A stretch of 64,000 nt of DNA from Podarcis vaucheri (GCA_965113315.1 OZ220364.1); one strand, 5' to 3'. Counted from the stretch's first letter, positions 24,450 to 38,877 are shown. The notes: generated from the letters alone by a model not told the origin. Program-made: numbers and translations.

Positions 24450-24616
24450 GCAAAATGCATACCTTAAAAAACTTATTGTTAGTTGGATTTATTTCATCAT
24501 CAAAATGTGTTGTATAAATTCATGAAAACCCAAAGAAACAGAGACACTGTATCAAAATCATTATTATATGATGTGCTGCTTCCTTCAGGGGCAAAGAGTT
24601 ATTAGACCTCTACATA

Positions 24617-24900
24617 TTCAAATCCCCGTGACAGGGTGAGCTCCCGTTGCTCGGTCCCTGCTCCTGCCAACCTAGCAGTTCGAAAGCACGTCAAAGTGCA
24701 AGTAGATAAATAGGTACCACTCCGGTGGGAAGGTAAACAGCGTTTCCGTGCACTGCTCTGGTTCACCAGAAGCGGCTTAATCATGCTGGCCACATGACCC
24801 GGAAGCTGTACGCCGGCTCCCTCGGCCAATAAAGCGAGATGAGCGCCGCAACCCCAGAGTCGGCCACAACTGGACCTAATGGTCAGGGGTCCCTTTACCT
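24617..24900 (+). mobile_element. Sauria SINE, 5'-truncated
   Basis: Begins at a B-box remnant ttcaaatcccc and ends ggggtccctttacct. Confidence 0.92.
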
Positions 24901-25370
24901 ATTTGTAGTTGCTCACTTAGATCATGCTAATGTTAAGTGATCTGTAAAGTGCCCCCCCCCAAATGATGTAGCTGCTGTTCAATATTTATAGAGTGCCAGG
25001 TTGTGCATGCAAGTAAATAACATGCAAGCATGTTCAGTATGCCACTACAGGGGACACATTCTCTGAATCTAAGGGTGGTAGCAGGGCTATGTTCCCTGGC
25101 TGGGAGACTCCAAATACAATGCAGATAGAACTCCCTCACAGAAGTGACCTGAGCTTAATATTTATCAGAATATTCTACCATGTGGGGTCATAACAGATAC
25201 AATTATACAACTTGACTAATCTTTCATATGAAATAATCAGGATACAAGTTAGTATAAACATGTGTCTGCCTGGTTCGTAATACCAAGGAGAAGTAAGGTT
25301 TGGCAGATAGCTTCTATGCTGTGAACCACCCTGAGATTTACAGGTATACATATTTTTTTATTATTCTTAT

Positions 25371-25416
25371 TACTACTACTACTACTACTACTACTAATAA
25401 TAATAATAATAATAAT
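25371..25416. repeat. Compound (TAC)n(TAA)n microsatellite
   Basis: Read directly from the sequence. Confidence 0.95.
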
Positions 25417-28400
25417 ATACAATTATCCAAGGCATCAAGTATCTTGGACTCTGGGCAGGCAACATGGCACTAAATCCTTCTGCATCATAAGATGAGAGAA
25501 ACCATTGTGCTTGTCAGAGTGCATAGTATCACAATGGAAGTTTATATCACTTGCCAAGAAGAGACTTGTTTATAATCCGCTGCAGTATCAGAACCTCTCC
25601 TTAGCTGGATAGAAAGCCATGCATTATCACAGACAGCAAGCAGAACATCTCAGGGGAGATATGAACGTCACAGCTGACCAGCTGAGTCACTAAGACTATC
25701 ACCAGAGAGTATGTTCACTTCATCTATAAACTGCTCAACAAGTATGAGATTAGTGAGGAACTTCAGTCTATGACCTCTTTTGAGCTTCTACTCAATAAAC
25801 ACTTTCCCAGCTCATTCAGTTACAGTTATTCCAAAGAGGCCTTGCAATGCATTCTACACATGACTGTTTACATCATACTTTCTGCATGTAGATGACAACT
25901 AACTAATAAAATAAGAAATATGAAGCAACCCTTTCAACTCAAGCAATATATAAATGTGTGACTGAAGTTTCTTATTCCATCTGCACAATGTAGTTGTGTA
26001 TATGAGCTGCACACCCAGTCCCTAGATTATTTTGAAGTTTTATTTCTGAATGAGACCTTCATTTTCAAAGACGCAGCATCAGGAAGACAATAGTTAAAGC
26101 TATTATGCATCTGACTTTGAGGGAGAATTTGCTGATTCACTATAAACCCGTTTCGTACTATTCTAATAGTTGCTTTGAGGTAGTAAGCTTATTGCCTCCC
26201 TATGCACAATGCACTCTCATGCGGCCAGTCTCTCTCTCTCTCTCTCTCTTTTGCTGCCTCAAGGTGAAAAATTAAAGTTAGCACTGCAAGCACAGCACTT
26301 TCTTTATCTCTTTCAATATTTTTTCAATAGTAGAGTCAAGTGTAAAGGCAGCATCCTCTTGCATTTGCTGTATCTCAACAAAGCTCAGGGAAGATGAAAG
26401 TGAAACGCATTTGTATTGGCTTGTAATCCTTTATGCTCTTATCACAGTGGATGCTTTGCCCGAAGGAAAACAAATATGTAATACACTTTCATATTTCAGG
26501 AGAGGAATGGAGGACAAATAGTACAATTCACAGAAAGCATTTGTCATCTGCTCTTTATATATAATCAGTTATGTTCTCCTTTTATAAAGTAGTATGTAAA
26601 GCCCAGGAGTACTATAGGGAATTCTTTGATTTGTTACATGCTGAAAATCTGGGCCAGGATCCAAAGAATCATGAAAGAAGTCCTGCAAGTCCAGGGGAGG
26701 TTTGGCTTCTATTTCTTGAAACAGCATGCTCCTCCATGTAGCATGGTAAATGGCTTTTGATATTGAGGGGAGTTTCAAATCAGTTTTGTGATATGCCATG
26801 GGGGTGAACAGTTCAAAGAAAGAGGTTAAAAAATCTACTGCGCCGAATATATTTATATCTTGCTTTTGGGTTCTAAAAAGGGTCTCCTTTTGCAAGACCA
26901 TTGCTGAAGAGAGCTAGTGCAGACCCTATAGCACTCTCAGACTGTGTACTTTTATCCAGAATCAGTAACTGAACACAAGTGCACAACAATTTTTCAGTTC
27001 ATTTTTCAACCTTTGTATACTTCCTAATCAACTTTGGTTAAATAAATAAATGTATTGCTCATATGAATAATTCAGCTGGTATCCAGACTGCTAGGCAACA
27101 AACATATGCTAGGATTATGAACTGTATCAGTTTCCTTCAACATGGGCCTGAGTATGGGTTGAATTAACCAGGTAACTAGCTAATACATCAAAAACAAACC
27201 TAATCATGATACATCACAATGCCATGTCCTCATGTAAATGTATGAGCCTTGGTGTAGGAATTGCAGGGATCAGCCTAATTCTTCCTTTCTCTTCTGCCTT
27301 ATCTTAGCGCTTGCTGCTCTCATTGGAGCATTTCCTTTGTTGCAAAAGTAAATATATTAAATTTACTGTACTCAGCCAAAGTTTTGACAGGTGGTTTAAA
27401 GTTCTAATTGTATGACTAAAGACTGTAACTCTAGTCTGAATGCAAATTTAAGCATTCGTGAGAGAGCATCTTGTACAGCATCCTCAAGAGACTGCTCCTT
27501 CTTGGGATTCAGGTAGAGGATCATTTCTCTTGAAGTACCTGTTTCAAAATCTTCCTATCTATGAGAATCTTATATACTAGCAAAAAATCTAGTATGATTT
27601 TCATTAAGTTTTGAGCTTTACTTTTTTGAAAATATATTTTGCCCAAATCCCGTTGCTTTAAAAGAAAAACTTGGAATAGATTACAGAGGACTTTGGAAAC
27701 ATTGATGCCTCAAGCCGGAAAAGGAAATACTTATATGTTTCTTTGGATTGCAACCTAAACTTACATCTGCATTAAGTTTTCCTGCAGGTGAATTAAAAAA
27801 ATACTAGGCACTTGAGGAATACTCTAAATTCAAATACAATTACTGGTTCGTAGAAGGGAAAATATAAAATTAGACCAACAGCAGTCCTAAAACATTAGAA
27901 GATGAGATGGGAAGAAGCAAATTATTGGAGAGGCAGGACAGAATGGATTTAGAGTGCAGTTAGAATAGAATAGTAAAAAAACAAACTGCTGCAGTTCTTT
28001 CAAAAGAAATATTGAAGTGTGAGCCTATTCACTTTGCCATAGAAGATACAACATTAGGAATTTTGCAAGGAAGCATTTTGCCCTACCAGAAAACAGTCCA
28101 TTCAAATTAAATCACTTCATCACTCTGATGGCTACATGACAAGTCTTGCCAAAGTTCATACATTAAACATCTGTGCCTCTGAAAATTTTCACATTCATAA
28201 TGGGTTGTCATATCTTGTGTTCAATTCCATCTCGCAACAGGTTCTCTTTGTGAATTGGTAGATTGTCACACTATTGTCAAACTGCGTCTGTCGTTCACAT
28301 AGCAAATTTGACATTTTCCATTCTTACAATTATCTCTGTGCTTTTCAAGGTATCTCATCTTCACAGTATTTTGCATACAGAGGAACAAGAAAATGTCCAC

Positions 28401-30453
28401 ACCAATCCTTTTCCTGTCATACTGGTTACTTACATGATCTGTAGCAGTAGGTCTTGTATACTCTGAATCCAAACTGTTGCCATTTTAGGTTCTATATGTG
28501 ATGATTAGGGTGGATTTCAGTTAGGCCAGATCTAATCTCTGAGGGGTGTCCCATGTCCCCCTCAAAATAGCACAAGTATTAGGGTAGGGAAATATTTTTT
28601 ATACACCCCCCAATAGATCTTAGATACCTTCCCTTCTACTGAGGTGCAGAGATATTTTAATAGAACATTTGGTGGGTGAATATTTGGGTCAACCTATTGC
28701 TATTTTGATTGGACTGATGCTGAAGTAGTAGAAAACCTCTGAAAAGACAAGTTCATTAAACAAACTGGTCATTTTATCTAGGTATACATGTACATTTTCA
28801 AGTTTAATTATTCCCCACTTTTAAAAGAGATTGAGCTAGCTAAGAAATGTGGTTTACATTACACATGGGAAGCTGCAACATCTAACTAGCCATATGTATG
28901 ACTGCACTTGCACAAGGAAATGTTATAAGCAGCAGAGAACACTGATAGATTCAGAAGTAAAACAGGCTTTGCTCATACATTATATTACAAGCCTTAGTGA
29001 CAATAACTTAAGTAGCTCACATAAGAAGTGTGTGTGGAAACTTGCAAAACTCTCTTTTTACTTTGGAAAGGTTGTAGGCATACCTGCAAGTACAAAAAGT
29101 TTGTCCCCTCTATTGTATCTCCTTAAATGTAAGTCAGATAGTATTGCCAAGGCACTCTCAAATGGTGCACACTTGTAGCCAGATATTTGATTATCTCTCA
29201 CTTTCCCACATTTTTGGCATTATGTTGTTTCTTCCGCAATTAATCTTTTGGTTTGTTTAACCATGAGTAAAAGCATGAGCATAGGATGTTTCTGTTGTGC
29301 TGCTAAATGGCAGTTAGAAACCCAGAATTAATTCACGTAAAGCCAACCTTATCAACTGTTAAATGGTTTGGTATAACTTTGTATAGCACAGCAGAATGAT
29401 CAAGGCAATACACATGCATTAACACAAAACAATATTGTGCAGTTATTTGATCAGTTTTATCATAATAAAAAGCATGCATTACAAGGAATGCTTGTCATGG
29501 GGTGCTAGTAAGTGTACCAGTTGCTATCCCTGTGTGCGTGTGTATACATTTTACAAAAACCACCAGAGAGAGGATAATTTAGTGACTAATGTCTGCAAAT
29601 GTTAATGAATTAAATCGTGTTCTCTTTACTTAAAGTATTGCTGAGATCCAAAGAACAATTTTGTGCATGCAACAAACCCTCCCAAGTGTTTTCTTTCTAC
29701 AAATTCTAGCCCTCCCAATTATCCTCACCCAAGTTCCAGGAGTAACATATTAAGCAGTGTTAAGTGGGGGTCTGTTTTCAGAAACGGGGAGGTGTCAGAA
29801 GCCATAGTCTCTCTAGTAATAAGAGGGAATGGTTGTTGAAATATTTTGTATTAATAAGCCATCATGTATTTTTTCAGGAAAGACATATTAGTCTATCTTT
29901 CTGTTTAATTACTAAAAGCAGTAGTTACATGAGTTTTTTGCACCAAAAAATGGTTGTGTTGATTTAAATGACATCATTTATAGCCAGTCAGAAAGTGGAA
30001 AATAAATAGGGTAATTTCATATTTCACATTGCTGGGCATTATGTAGGAGGCTATTTCTAATAAGCTAAGAGTCAATCTAAATAATTAAAGAAGTTAATAT
30101 TTCTGCCTGGCTGATCAGTTAGAAACCCTTCCCCTCTTTTAATTGTGTACAGCTAAGTCTGAAGAAGCAACTTGAATGTGAAAAATCTACTATGCTGTAT
30201 TCACAAGAACAAACTGTAATTGTGCAGCAGACCAAAAAGACAGGGTCTTTTCTTCTGTGGCAAGTACTAATTAGAACATATTGCATACCAGAAATTCAAA
30301 GAAATGCTTTCCCTGTGTATAATATACTATTAATTATATGCTGTTGCAAGCAATTTGTATTCTATGGGTGTATCATTCATACTTTAGTTGTGCTTTAATA
30401 CTAGCTAAGATGATAAAATTCCATTGTAAATTTCAACTAAATTATTTCTTTAG

Positions 30454-30532
30454 GGTGTTTCTGAGAGCTATCAACAAATTTTCTGAGACTATGAACCAGA
30501 AGTTTTTGGAAAACATGAATTTTGAAGAACAA
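30454..30532 (+). CDS. DOCK2: DOCK2 coding exon (approx. exon 30), [26 protein letters not shown]
   Basis: tttctttag acceptor, gtaagt donor; 79 nt. [14 protein letters not shown] is DOCK2-type. Partly visible in ORF 30338..30586. Confidence 0.96.
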
Positions 30533-33500
30533 GTAAGTACCTGTCTTATTTCTTTTATATTATCCTTTAACAAAACCAAGAACTGAACGTATGTTTTTAC
30601 ATTACTTAGTTATTTCAGTAGCAAATATTATCTATTTCAGTAGCAAATATTCTCCTGATAAAAGTCAGTGCGGGAAATGATTGCTCTGTGAGCCTGGTAC
30701 TGATATTTTGGCTCCTGTAATGTTCTTAGTCTGGTACACTTATATGTTGAAAGTTATGATCATGAACACTCCAAACATATAAGGCAAGGATAGGGAACCT
30801 CAGACTTGAGGGCCAAATGCAGCCCTCCAGGCCCCTCAGTTTGACCCTTGGAATTATCTTCTGACCACACACATGCAGGTCACACCCCTCACAAGCCTTG
30901 CTTCACACTCTCCAGGTGCTTTTGAGTGTGTGTGTGTGTGTGTGTACACCTGCTAGTTTTGGCTGGAATGTAGTTTGCTTTGCAAAGGAAACAGTCACAT
31001 TTGTTGTTTTTCCACTTTGGCTTCTGGCCCCATCCACCATTGGCATGTGGCCCCCATACCTAATGAGGTGGTCCGAGTGCTCCTTCCTTTCTTCTTTCTT
31101 TGCTCCAAGCTACTTGGGGCAAGCAGAAAGCATGGTGGTTGCCATGTTTGTTGGGAAATGTGTCTAAAATGCATTGGAAGTAGTAATATGTTATGATGTG
31201 CTATGTATGTGTCATGAATGCAACCCAGGCGCGGCAGGACCAAGGCATTTTGACACCTGAGGCAAACCACAAAAAGCGCCCCCTCCCCCTGCCAGGAAAG
31301 AAGGGGTGAGTGAAGCACTTCACTGGGAAAAAGGGAAGAATCTAATTAACCTTACCCAATCACTGAAAAGGGAATCAAAGGTCATTGCAGGGGAGAAAGG
31401 GACCCAGGTGGGTGCAGAGCCCAGGAGACCCTAAGGTGCAGTCCCTAACCATTTCCTTCCTTGTGGTGGAAGGAGACCAGCAGCGCTTCCTATTTGGCTA
31501 AAGGCCACTGCAGAGACAGCATTGCAGGGTGGTGAGCTGCCAAGGAGGTGGCAGATCTGGCCTGCAAGGAGTGTGCTGCAACCACTGCTGCCCCTGTGGA
31601 TCCTGCCACCTGGGTGGGCCAGCCCTAAACCTAGATAAAGGGGGTAAAGCACAGAGACCAAGGCAATGGCGCTACTCTTCAAAAAGGATTTATTAATTGC
31701 ATCTATTCAAGTGCTTTCAGTAGTACAGCACATCCACGAATGCTCTACAGGTGTTTAATAACCAAAAGTAGTTGCCTTGTCTAACAAGTTGACCAGTCTA
31801 GTAGCACTGAGGGATAGATGGATCAGGGCAATGGTGGAAGGTTTTCATAGTTCCTTTGGGTATTGCTGAAAATGGTGTTTAAATGTTTCTATCACCACAC
31901 CAAAGTTACTTGGCTCAGTCTCTTGGTACGTGACAAGTAGACTGAAGATTTAACTGCAAACATTCTCTTGCATTTCTGGTGATGTGACCTAAAAGTTGCC
32001 CTATCTAGCCTTATTGAGGTGCCTCTAAGCAAGTGGACACAGCTGTCCTGGAACATGCCATTTCCTCTTCTAAGGAATGTTGCTTTCCTTTCATCTGATG
32101 TTTTGCTATAAGCAAAGTCCTGTTTATTTGAGATAGCCATCAACCACTGGAATCTGTCATCCTTCTTTAGCACCCTTGCGGAGCCACCTTTCCAAATATC
32201 CACTCCTTCTTCTGTTATTCACACAGGTTATAGCTGATTACATTAAAAACAGTAGTACATTACATTAAAAATAGTATAAGGGTAACAATATACATGAGTA
32301 TATTCTCAAAATTGTCAGACTCATTTTGCAGAATCCTAGGTGCACAACACCTGTCCACGCAGCAGCCATCTTTCTTTTATGCAATGTCCCTGTTAGTTTC
32401 ACAGGAGCATTATATGGGGTGGGGGTGTCACTTAAGATAACAAGCGAACAGCCATCCCCCCCCCCTTACAGACATATCAAGAATGAGGCATCCCATCATA
32501 TGACTGTTTTCAGGGCATTTCTATAGACATTTTTCTAGCAAGTGCTGTTTTAGAAAGGTCCATAGGAATGTGGCCTAATCTATTTAGCTAGGTTCTGATC
32601 CAAGCTCTGGCCCAGTAGGTGCAAATCAGGGAACTTTGCTTCAGATTGTGGAATAAATAAAACTGCCTACTTTCCCTAATTCTCACTGAAACGTTTAATG
32701 ATTAACTCCTTGCTCCAACCCCAAAGACTCACTAGTCATGCTTTCAGCTTGAGATGTATGCTAAATACAGGCAGAAATTTAAGTCAATACCGGTACAGTA
32801 TATAAATAAGGAATCTCTCCCTGTCTGTAGGTACCTCTAAGATGTGGAGGGGAACTGAGGTCCTTCAGATGTCGTTGTTGGACTACAACTCCCATTATCC
32901 TAGAATATCGGCTATGCTAGCTAGGGCTGATGCAAGTTGGAATACAAAAAACACATGTGGCTGCTTTCTGTTCCTCTCTCTCTCTGTGTGTGTACACAAA
33001 CAGTTCCAATTGTTTTCTATCTCCTTTTGCTTACATACACACAGAGAGTGGACTCCCCCCCCCCATCACTTTTACTAAGGGACTGCTGGTTGGCTAGTAT
33101 TTACTCCATTGGGAAAAGTGGAAAATTTAAAAAAAAATGGAGATTCATATTGGTCCTCTGCCCCTTCTAAGCCCTAATCCCTTCCTTTTAGAATTTATTA
33201 TTTAAGACCCTTTTTTTAAATCTCTAGACACTGGGGTGGAACCATAGGAATGATTGTGATTGACTGTGCTGAACAGAGATAGTTGACCAGCACAGGCAAT
33301 GGGCAGAAATGAGTCCTGAGTGTCTCTAAATGTGAAGTGATGTACTGAATATAAATGTAAGAAGCAGAGAAGGGAGTGGGTTGTAGGTTTGTGGGAAAGC
33401 GCCTCCCTTTCCCTAATGGGCCAGCCTCCACTGCTCATGCCCCTCTTAGAGATTGGTTTTTGAAAAGCGATAGCATCAGCAGTGCTTACAGAAGAAATGC

Positions 33501-35581
33501 AATCTCGAAGTATGACAGAATTTATTTGTATTTTCATTCCATTCCATTCCATTTCATCAGCCATGCTACTTTTCCTTGTCTACAAGAGGAACACTGAATT
33601 CCACTATATTCAGTGAGACTGTGACAATATATTTTCTTTGTTCCTTTTCAGTTTGTGGACATTTTAAGTGTATCTGTTGTGAGCAAGTGTTTATCTTCAA
33701 GTGAATTTAATGCTTGTGGAAATGTCAAAGCAAAGTGACACTTCTGAAGCTGGGCATTTTGCTGTCTTAGTCACATGGCAGGGGCAGAACAGGGAACTGA
33801 AAAGGGGCAAGGGGTTTTGTTTTACTTTGTTTCTTCAGTGCGCCCATCTGCTGACTCAGCGGCAGGGTTTCTGTGAGGAGACAGAAGCTAATTCCTTTTC
33901 TGTGCCTGTTCAGTTTCTGACACTTACACAAAGGGAGCAATTAGGATAACACTGATGCCACTCAGACACTCCTTGTTGCCTCACAGTTAACTCTAGCTGT
34001 ATCAGAAGCTGCAGTCATGTTTGTCTCTTGCAGAAAAATATTCCCCCAAAAGTGTTTTGACCCCCTTCTGGATGCAGTTGCTAGAATCAAAATAGCAAAA
34101 AATGAATTTAAGCATCAGTTGGGCTCTGCAGCAATGAAAATAAAATTGGTAGATTGGGAGGTGTATGTGAAACAACTTTTCAGTGTGTGAAAAAAAGAAC
34201 AGTTCTACTTCGCTCTTCAATAAATATTTCGGTTGCTGACCCTGATTAGTTTTTCATCAGTTTGCCTCCTATCAAATTATAGTAGTAAATTATGTGACCC
34301 TACTTTTTGATAGTACCATTCGGTTTATGTTTCGTTCCTTTTCCAAGTTTGTTTGATAAATCGTGGTGGAAGAGTGACACTTGCAAAGATTATACTGTTT
34401 GAGGGTCTGATTGAACTGTGATGTGAATATAAATGAGATTTATTGCAAGGGAGGTAAATATGCTAATTTTAGAGATTGGAAAAGTACAAAAACAGTGTGA
34501 TCCCTTCGCCTCCGGTAATTACTGCAGCATTATGTGCGAAAGAAGTGTGCTGGCATAGGGGTGTTGCTAGCAGACCAGGTTGAAAGTGAACTTAGGGTAG
34601 TTGTTCAATGCCACAGTGAAAGACGATGTCATAGCTACGCATTAATGGATTCAGTAGAGTTCTGGTTTATGCGTAATGCGTCACACGGTTTATGAAGAGT
34701 TTTCAACCTTTTGTCTTGCTGCTTTTCCCTGAAGTTGGCTCAGTTTCCCTGGCTCTTCCTCCTCACTGCAGCCCTAAGTCACTCCCTTTGAAACATCCTG
34801 AGATGAGGCATTGGGGTGGGTGGGGGGCTGCAGTGGGATGCAAAAATCACCACAATTGTGGAAAAGAATAAATGCTTTTCCACTGCCGCAAGACTCAACT
34901 TATACTGGCATTTCTGTACTGACACAATAAACTAGGGACAATTCTGCGGACAATTCTTTTCGACCACCTCCTTGAAAACATATCCTTCTGCTTTTCATTC
35001 ATGAAAGATAGTGGGCAAAAGTTCCCATCTATTCATCTTCATCTCCCATTTTTATTCCTCAGAATTCTGAGCTTTTTGAAAGATTTCACTGGATGGGAAT
35101 GAATAGAAGTTTGACATGAATAGAAATTATCCTTGGTCATATTTTACTTTTCTTCCGATAAAATTTAGTTCATCAGAAACACTGGGAGTTTTCACAAAGC
35201 TATGGTTAACATATGCCCCCATAACACACTATAATTATATTGGTTGTTTGGATCTGGGGAGTTGTGATTAACTTGGGATATGCAGCATTTCACAGGCACT
35301 GCTGTAAATTGTGGTTTATTGTTATTAGCTAATGAACCCCATATGAATCTCCTGATGCTACTGAGGGAATGCAGGCCAACGGGTATAAAAATCACACTCT
35401 TGCCTTTATTCTAATTGCAAGGTAATAAGAGCTTCCAACTTTGCATAATATTCCAACCTCGCACTGCTTCGGCTGGTTGCCTTCATAAATTATTTAGGTT
35501 TCACACAGCTTAATATCACCTCCCATTTTAGGTGAAACCCATTACAACTATTCAGGGGTCTGTCTTCTGCTTAATTTACAG

Positions 35582-35682
35582 CTGTGGAACAACTATTTCC
35601 ATCTTGCTGTGGCTTTTATCACCCAGGATTCTTTGCAGCTGGAACAATTCTCCCATGCAAAGTGCATAAAGATTGTCAGCAA
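35582..35682 (+). CDS. DOCK2: DOCK2 coding exon (approx. exon 31), [34 protein letters not shown]
   Basis: tttacag acceptor, gtaagt donor; 101 nt; frame continuous. Confidence 0.97.
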
Positions 35683-35768
35683 GTAAGTCTTCTTGAAAGC
35701 TATATTTTCTTCTCATTTTCACAACAAAGCTTTGATGATGACTAAGTGTATTCTATTTTCTCTTACAG

Positions 35769-35827
35769 ATATGGAGACATGAGACGCTTGATTGGGTTTG
35801 CTATTCGTGACATGTGGTACAAACTTG
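35769..35827 (+). CDS. DOCK2: DOCK2 coding exon (approx. exon 32), YGDMRRLIGFAIRDMWYKLG
   Basis: Follows an 86-nt intron; ttttctcttacag acceptor, gtaagt donor; 59 nt. Confidence 0.97.
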
Positions 35828-36364
35828 GTAAGTAAGTGCAGTCAGGAACACAGATGTTCCTCAAATAGGTGTTGAGTGAACATTTCTAATAAGATCAGAT
35901 GAGTTGTTACATTGGTTTATTTTTGTGTTTTAAAGTGGCTCCATCCTGCAATTTATATGTTTGTTTGTTTGTTGGCTGGTGTGTGTATGGCATAAAATAA
36001 CTTCTAAATGTGTGAAGGTACCAAGTGTCGTGGGATTGGAATATGCAGAGGAAAAGGGGGAAAGTATTGCAAAGATGGGTAACAGAAGAAATTCCATTTG
36101 CAGTGAAACACACTGGGAGACCCTGGAAGGTTTTGTGTCTTTGACAGCTTCAGAAAGCTGACATTCAGGCAGATCAAACTGAACTCGTCCACTTGGGGTG
36201 TCAGTTGCATGAGCGGACTCTGTATTCCGGACTCCAATGTCTGGTTGTCATTAAAGAAAATAACTCCTGTCCAAGGAGAGTGGCATATGTTTCGATCTTT
36301 TGTTTGCAGATTGCAAATACCTAAGCTGGCACTGCAGCTTCTCATTTATCATCAAGAAAAAAGA

Positions 36365-36995
36365 AAACTGATCATCTTGGTTGCCCTCCTCTGCACATAT
36401 TCCAGCTTGTGGTGCCCAGAATTGGACACATTATTCCAGGTGTGGTCTGACTAAGGCAGAATAGAGTGGGACTATTGCTTCCCTTGATCTGGACACTATG
36501 CTTCTGTTGATGCAACCTAGAATAGCATTAGCTTTTTTTGCTGCTTCATCACACTGTTGTCTCATGTTAAGTTTGTGGTCTACTAAGACCCCTAGATCCT
36601 TTTCACATGTACTGCTAGTAAGCCAGGTGTCCCCCATCCTATATTCATTTTGTTAGCTTGCACCCAGTTCTCCAATCTGTTAAGGTCATTTTTAATTCTG
36701 ATTCTGTCTTCTGCGGCATTAGGTACCCCTTCCAGGTTTGTGTCATCTGCAAATTTGATGAGCTTCCCCTCAATTCCTTTATCCAAGTCATTTATAAAGA
36801 CTTTGAACAACAAGGGGCCCAGGACAGAACCCTGCGGCACCCCACTTGTCAACTTTTTTCCAGGAGACGAGGAGCTCTTTGGGTTTTGTCAGTCAACCAG
36901 CTACCTAACAGTTAGCTTGTTCAACCCACATTTTACTAGCTTTGTCTCGATAATATCATGGGGGACTTTGTTAAAAGCCTTACTGAAATCAAATG
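36365..36995 (-). mobile_element. CR1 LINE ORF2 reverse-transcriptase fragment, frameshifted
   Basis: DFSKAFNKVPH, TSGVPQGSVLGPLLF..FINDL, KFADDT, EKDLGVLVDHKLNM.QQC..AAKKANAILGCINRS..LYSALVRPHLE. Confidence 0.93.
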
Positions 36996-38877
36996 TTCAA
37001 ATGTTCTTCCTTTGGTATAGATGTGTGTTTGAAAATGTAATGTAGAGAATGAAAATTATTTTGGATTTTTATTGTTTCTCATAGTTATTACTATTTTTCC
37101 ATCCAGATGGGTCTTTTCTTTTATTCCAGCTGATTTTTAATAGGGTACTAAAACAAAAGATGCTTTAGGTACAGATTACTATTTCTGCTGAGATTAAAAA
37201 CAACAACAGAAACTGTAAAAACAGCTGCTTAATATCCAGTTGAAATGAAAAAGAACAGGATTGTTGTTCCACACATGTTTTTAAAGCCACTAAAGCACAT
37301 CTTGAAAACAGCTTTATTATTATTGAGGGGAAAGGCCATATTCAATACATGATGTGCATGCTTATCTCTAGGGGGGGAAATGTATTCACTTAAAATATTT
37401 TTCTTTCACCAGTGTTTTTTTTAAGGTTAAAAGCAGCTGGAGGAGAGAAGGGGGATCAGGATCTCTATGCTGTGGGAGGATTTATTTTTATTTTTATTTT
37501 AGAAAACAAAAAACCTGTGCCATATCTCATTGTATCATTGTCCCAACCAAAGTTGCCTCCCCTAAATATTGCTATTTGCTCTGCAGAAGAAATACTTACT
37601 AGTACTATAAACTGCCAGGAGAACATTTGTTACTGGGTGGTATGAACATTGTACAAAGGAAGAAAGGGGGAAATGCCCCAAGATTTAATAATGGATACGG
37701 GGCAGGTCTAATATATCCAAGCAATTGCATTATTCCCTATTATAAAAGTGTGAGCAGCTCTGGTTGTGAAATGAGACCATGAGGAATGAGCTCCAATGTG
37801 GGAATGGATTGCTGCTCTTTTGTGGTTTTACAAGGTGCCTTGTGTCAGGCGGTACTGCTACAAATCAATCCTAAATCGGACCACAACTGTTCGTGTTTGG
37901 GTTTTTTTTTAATCTACCTTCCCTGAAGTATTAGGCATCATTAAGGATTTCTAGGAAAAGAGCATTAAAGCTAACAAACAAATGGTTTGAGTTTTTCTGC
38001 ATTTGATTTTCTCCTGCAAAAAGCCATATTTTAAGAATATTAAAAAGCTGTTTTTTCCTGTTAGAGATGACATTTGCAATGCAACCTCATTTCTTCATTT
38101 TTTTATTGTCTGTCATAATTGCAAATGTCTCCTAAGGCAGACTCCGATGACTCTCTATTTCATATGGCTTTTAAGCCATTGTACAGCGAATCTATAATAG
38201 AGTTAGCAGGACACTATTTCTATTCTGAGCTTTCTAATGGCTGACATTAGTCATCCAGGAATGAAGGCAGATAAGTTTTGTCCATTGTGATGGAGAGAAG
38301 AGGACATGTCAAATGGCTCCTGTAAAATGTTGTCTGATAGATGGGTTTTGATGGGAAGGGGTGAAGAAATCTATTGTTTCCAATTATTTTCCTTTCCAAG
38401 CACGCTCAGCAATGAGATGTTTGAAACTGACTCCATGTGCAAGTACATTCAGTTGGCCACTACCTAGGATATTGTGAGGTGCTTCTAGAGTCGGCATTCA
38501 ATCTCGAATTGCAAATCTGCTATAGCAGCAGTGCAAGTTTGTGGTCTTGCAAAGTTAAGCCATGTGTAAGACTGCCACAATAATGTATTTTATTTATTTC
38601 ATAAAATGTATACACTACTTGGTTCGGTAAAAAGAAGCAAATCCCTCAAAATGTTTTACAAAAAGATAAAGCCAGAAACATTTATAAACACACTTTAAAA
38701 CATACAAAAGTTAAAATACTAAAACAGATTAAAATTACCTCAATCTTCTGTGAATCTGGGCAGGAACCAAAAAGAGTACAGTGGAGGTGCCTGCTTGATC
38801 TCAGTAGCAGGGAGTTCCCCGGTATACCTGCTGCCACACTAAACAATTGAGTTCTTACAAATGCAGAACAGGTATTA

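Noticed and set aside
36365-36995. Active or domesticated reverse transcriptase
   Set aside because: Short, frameshifted and internally deleted CR1 fragment.
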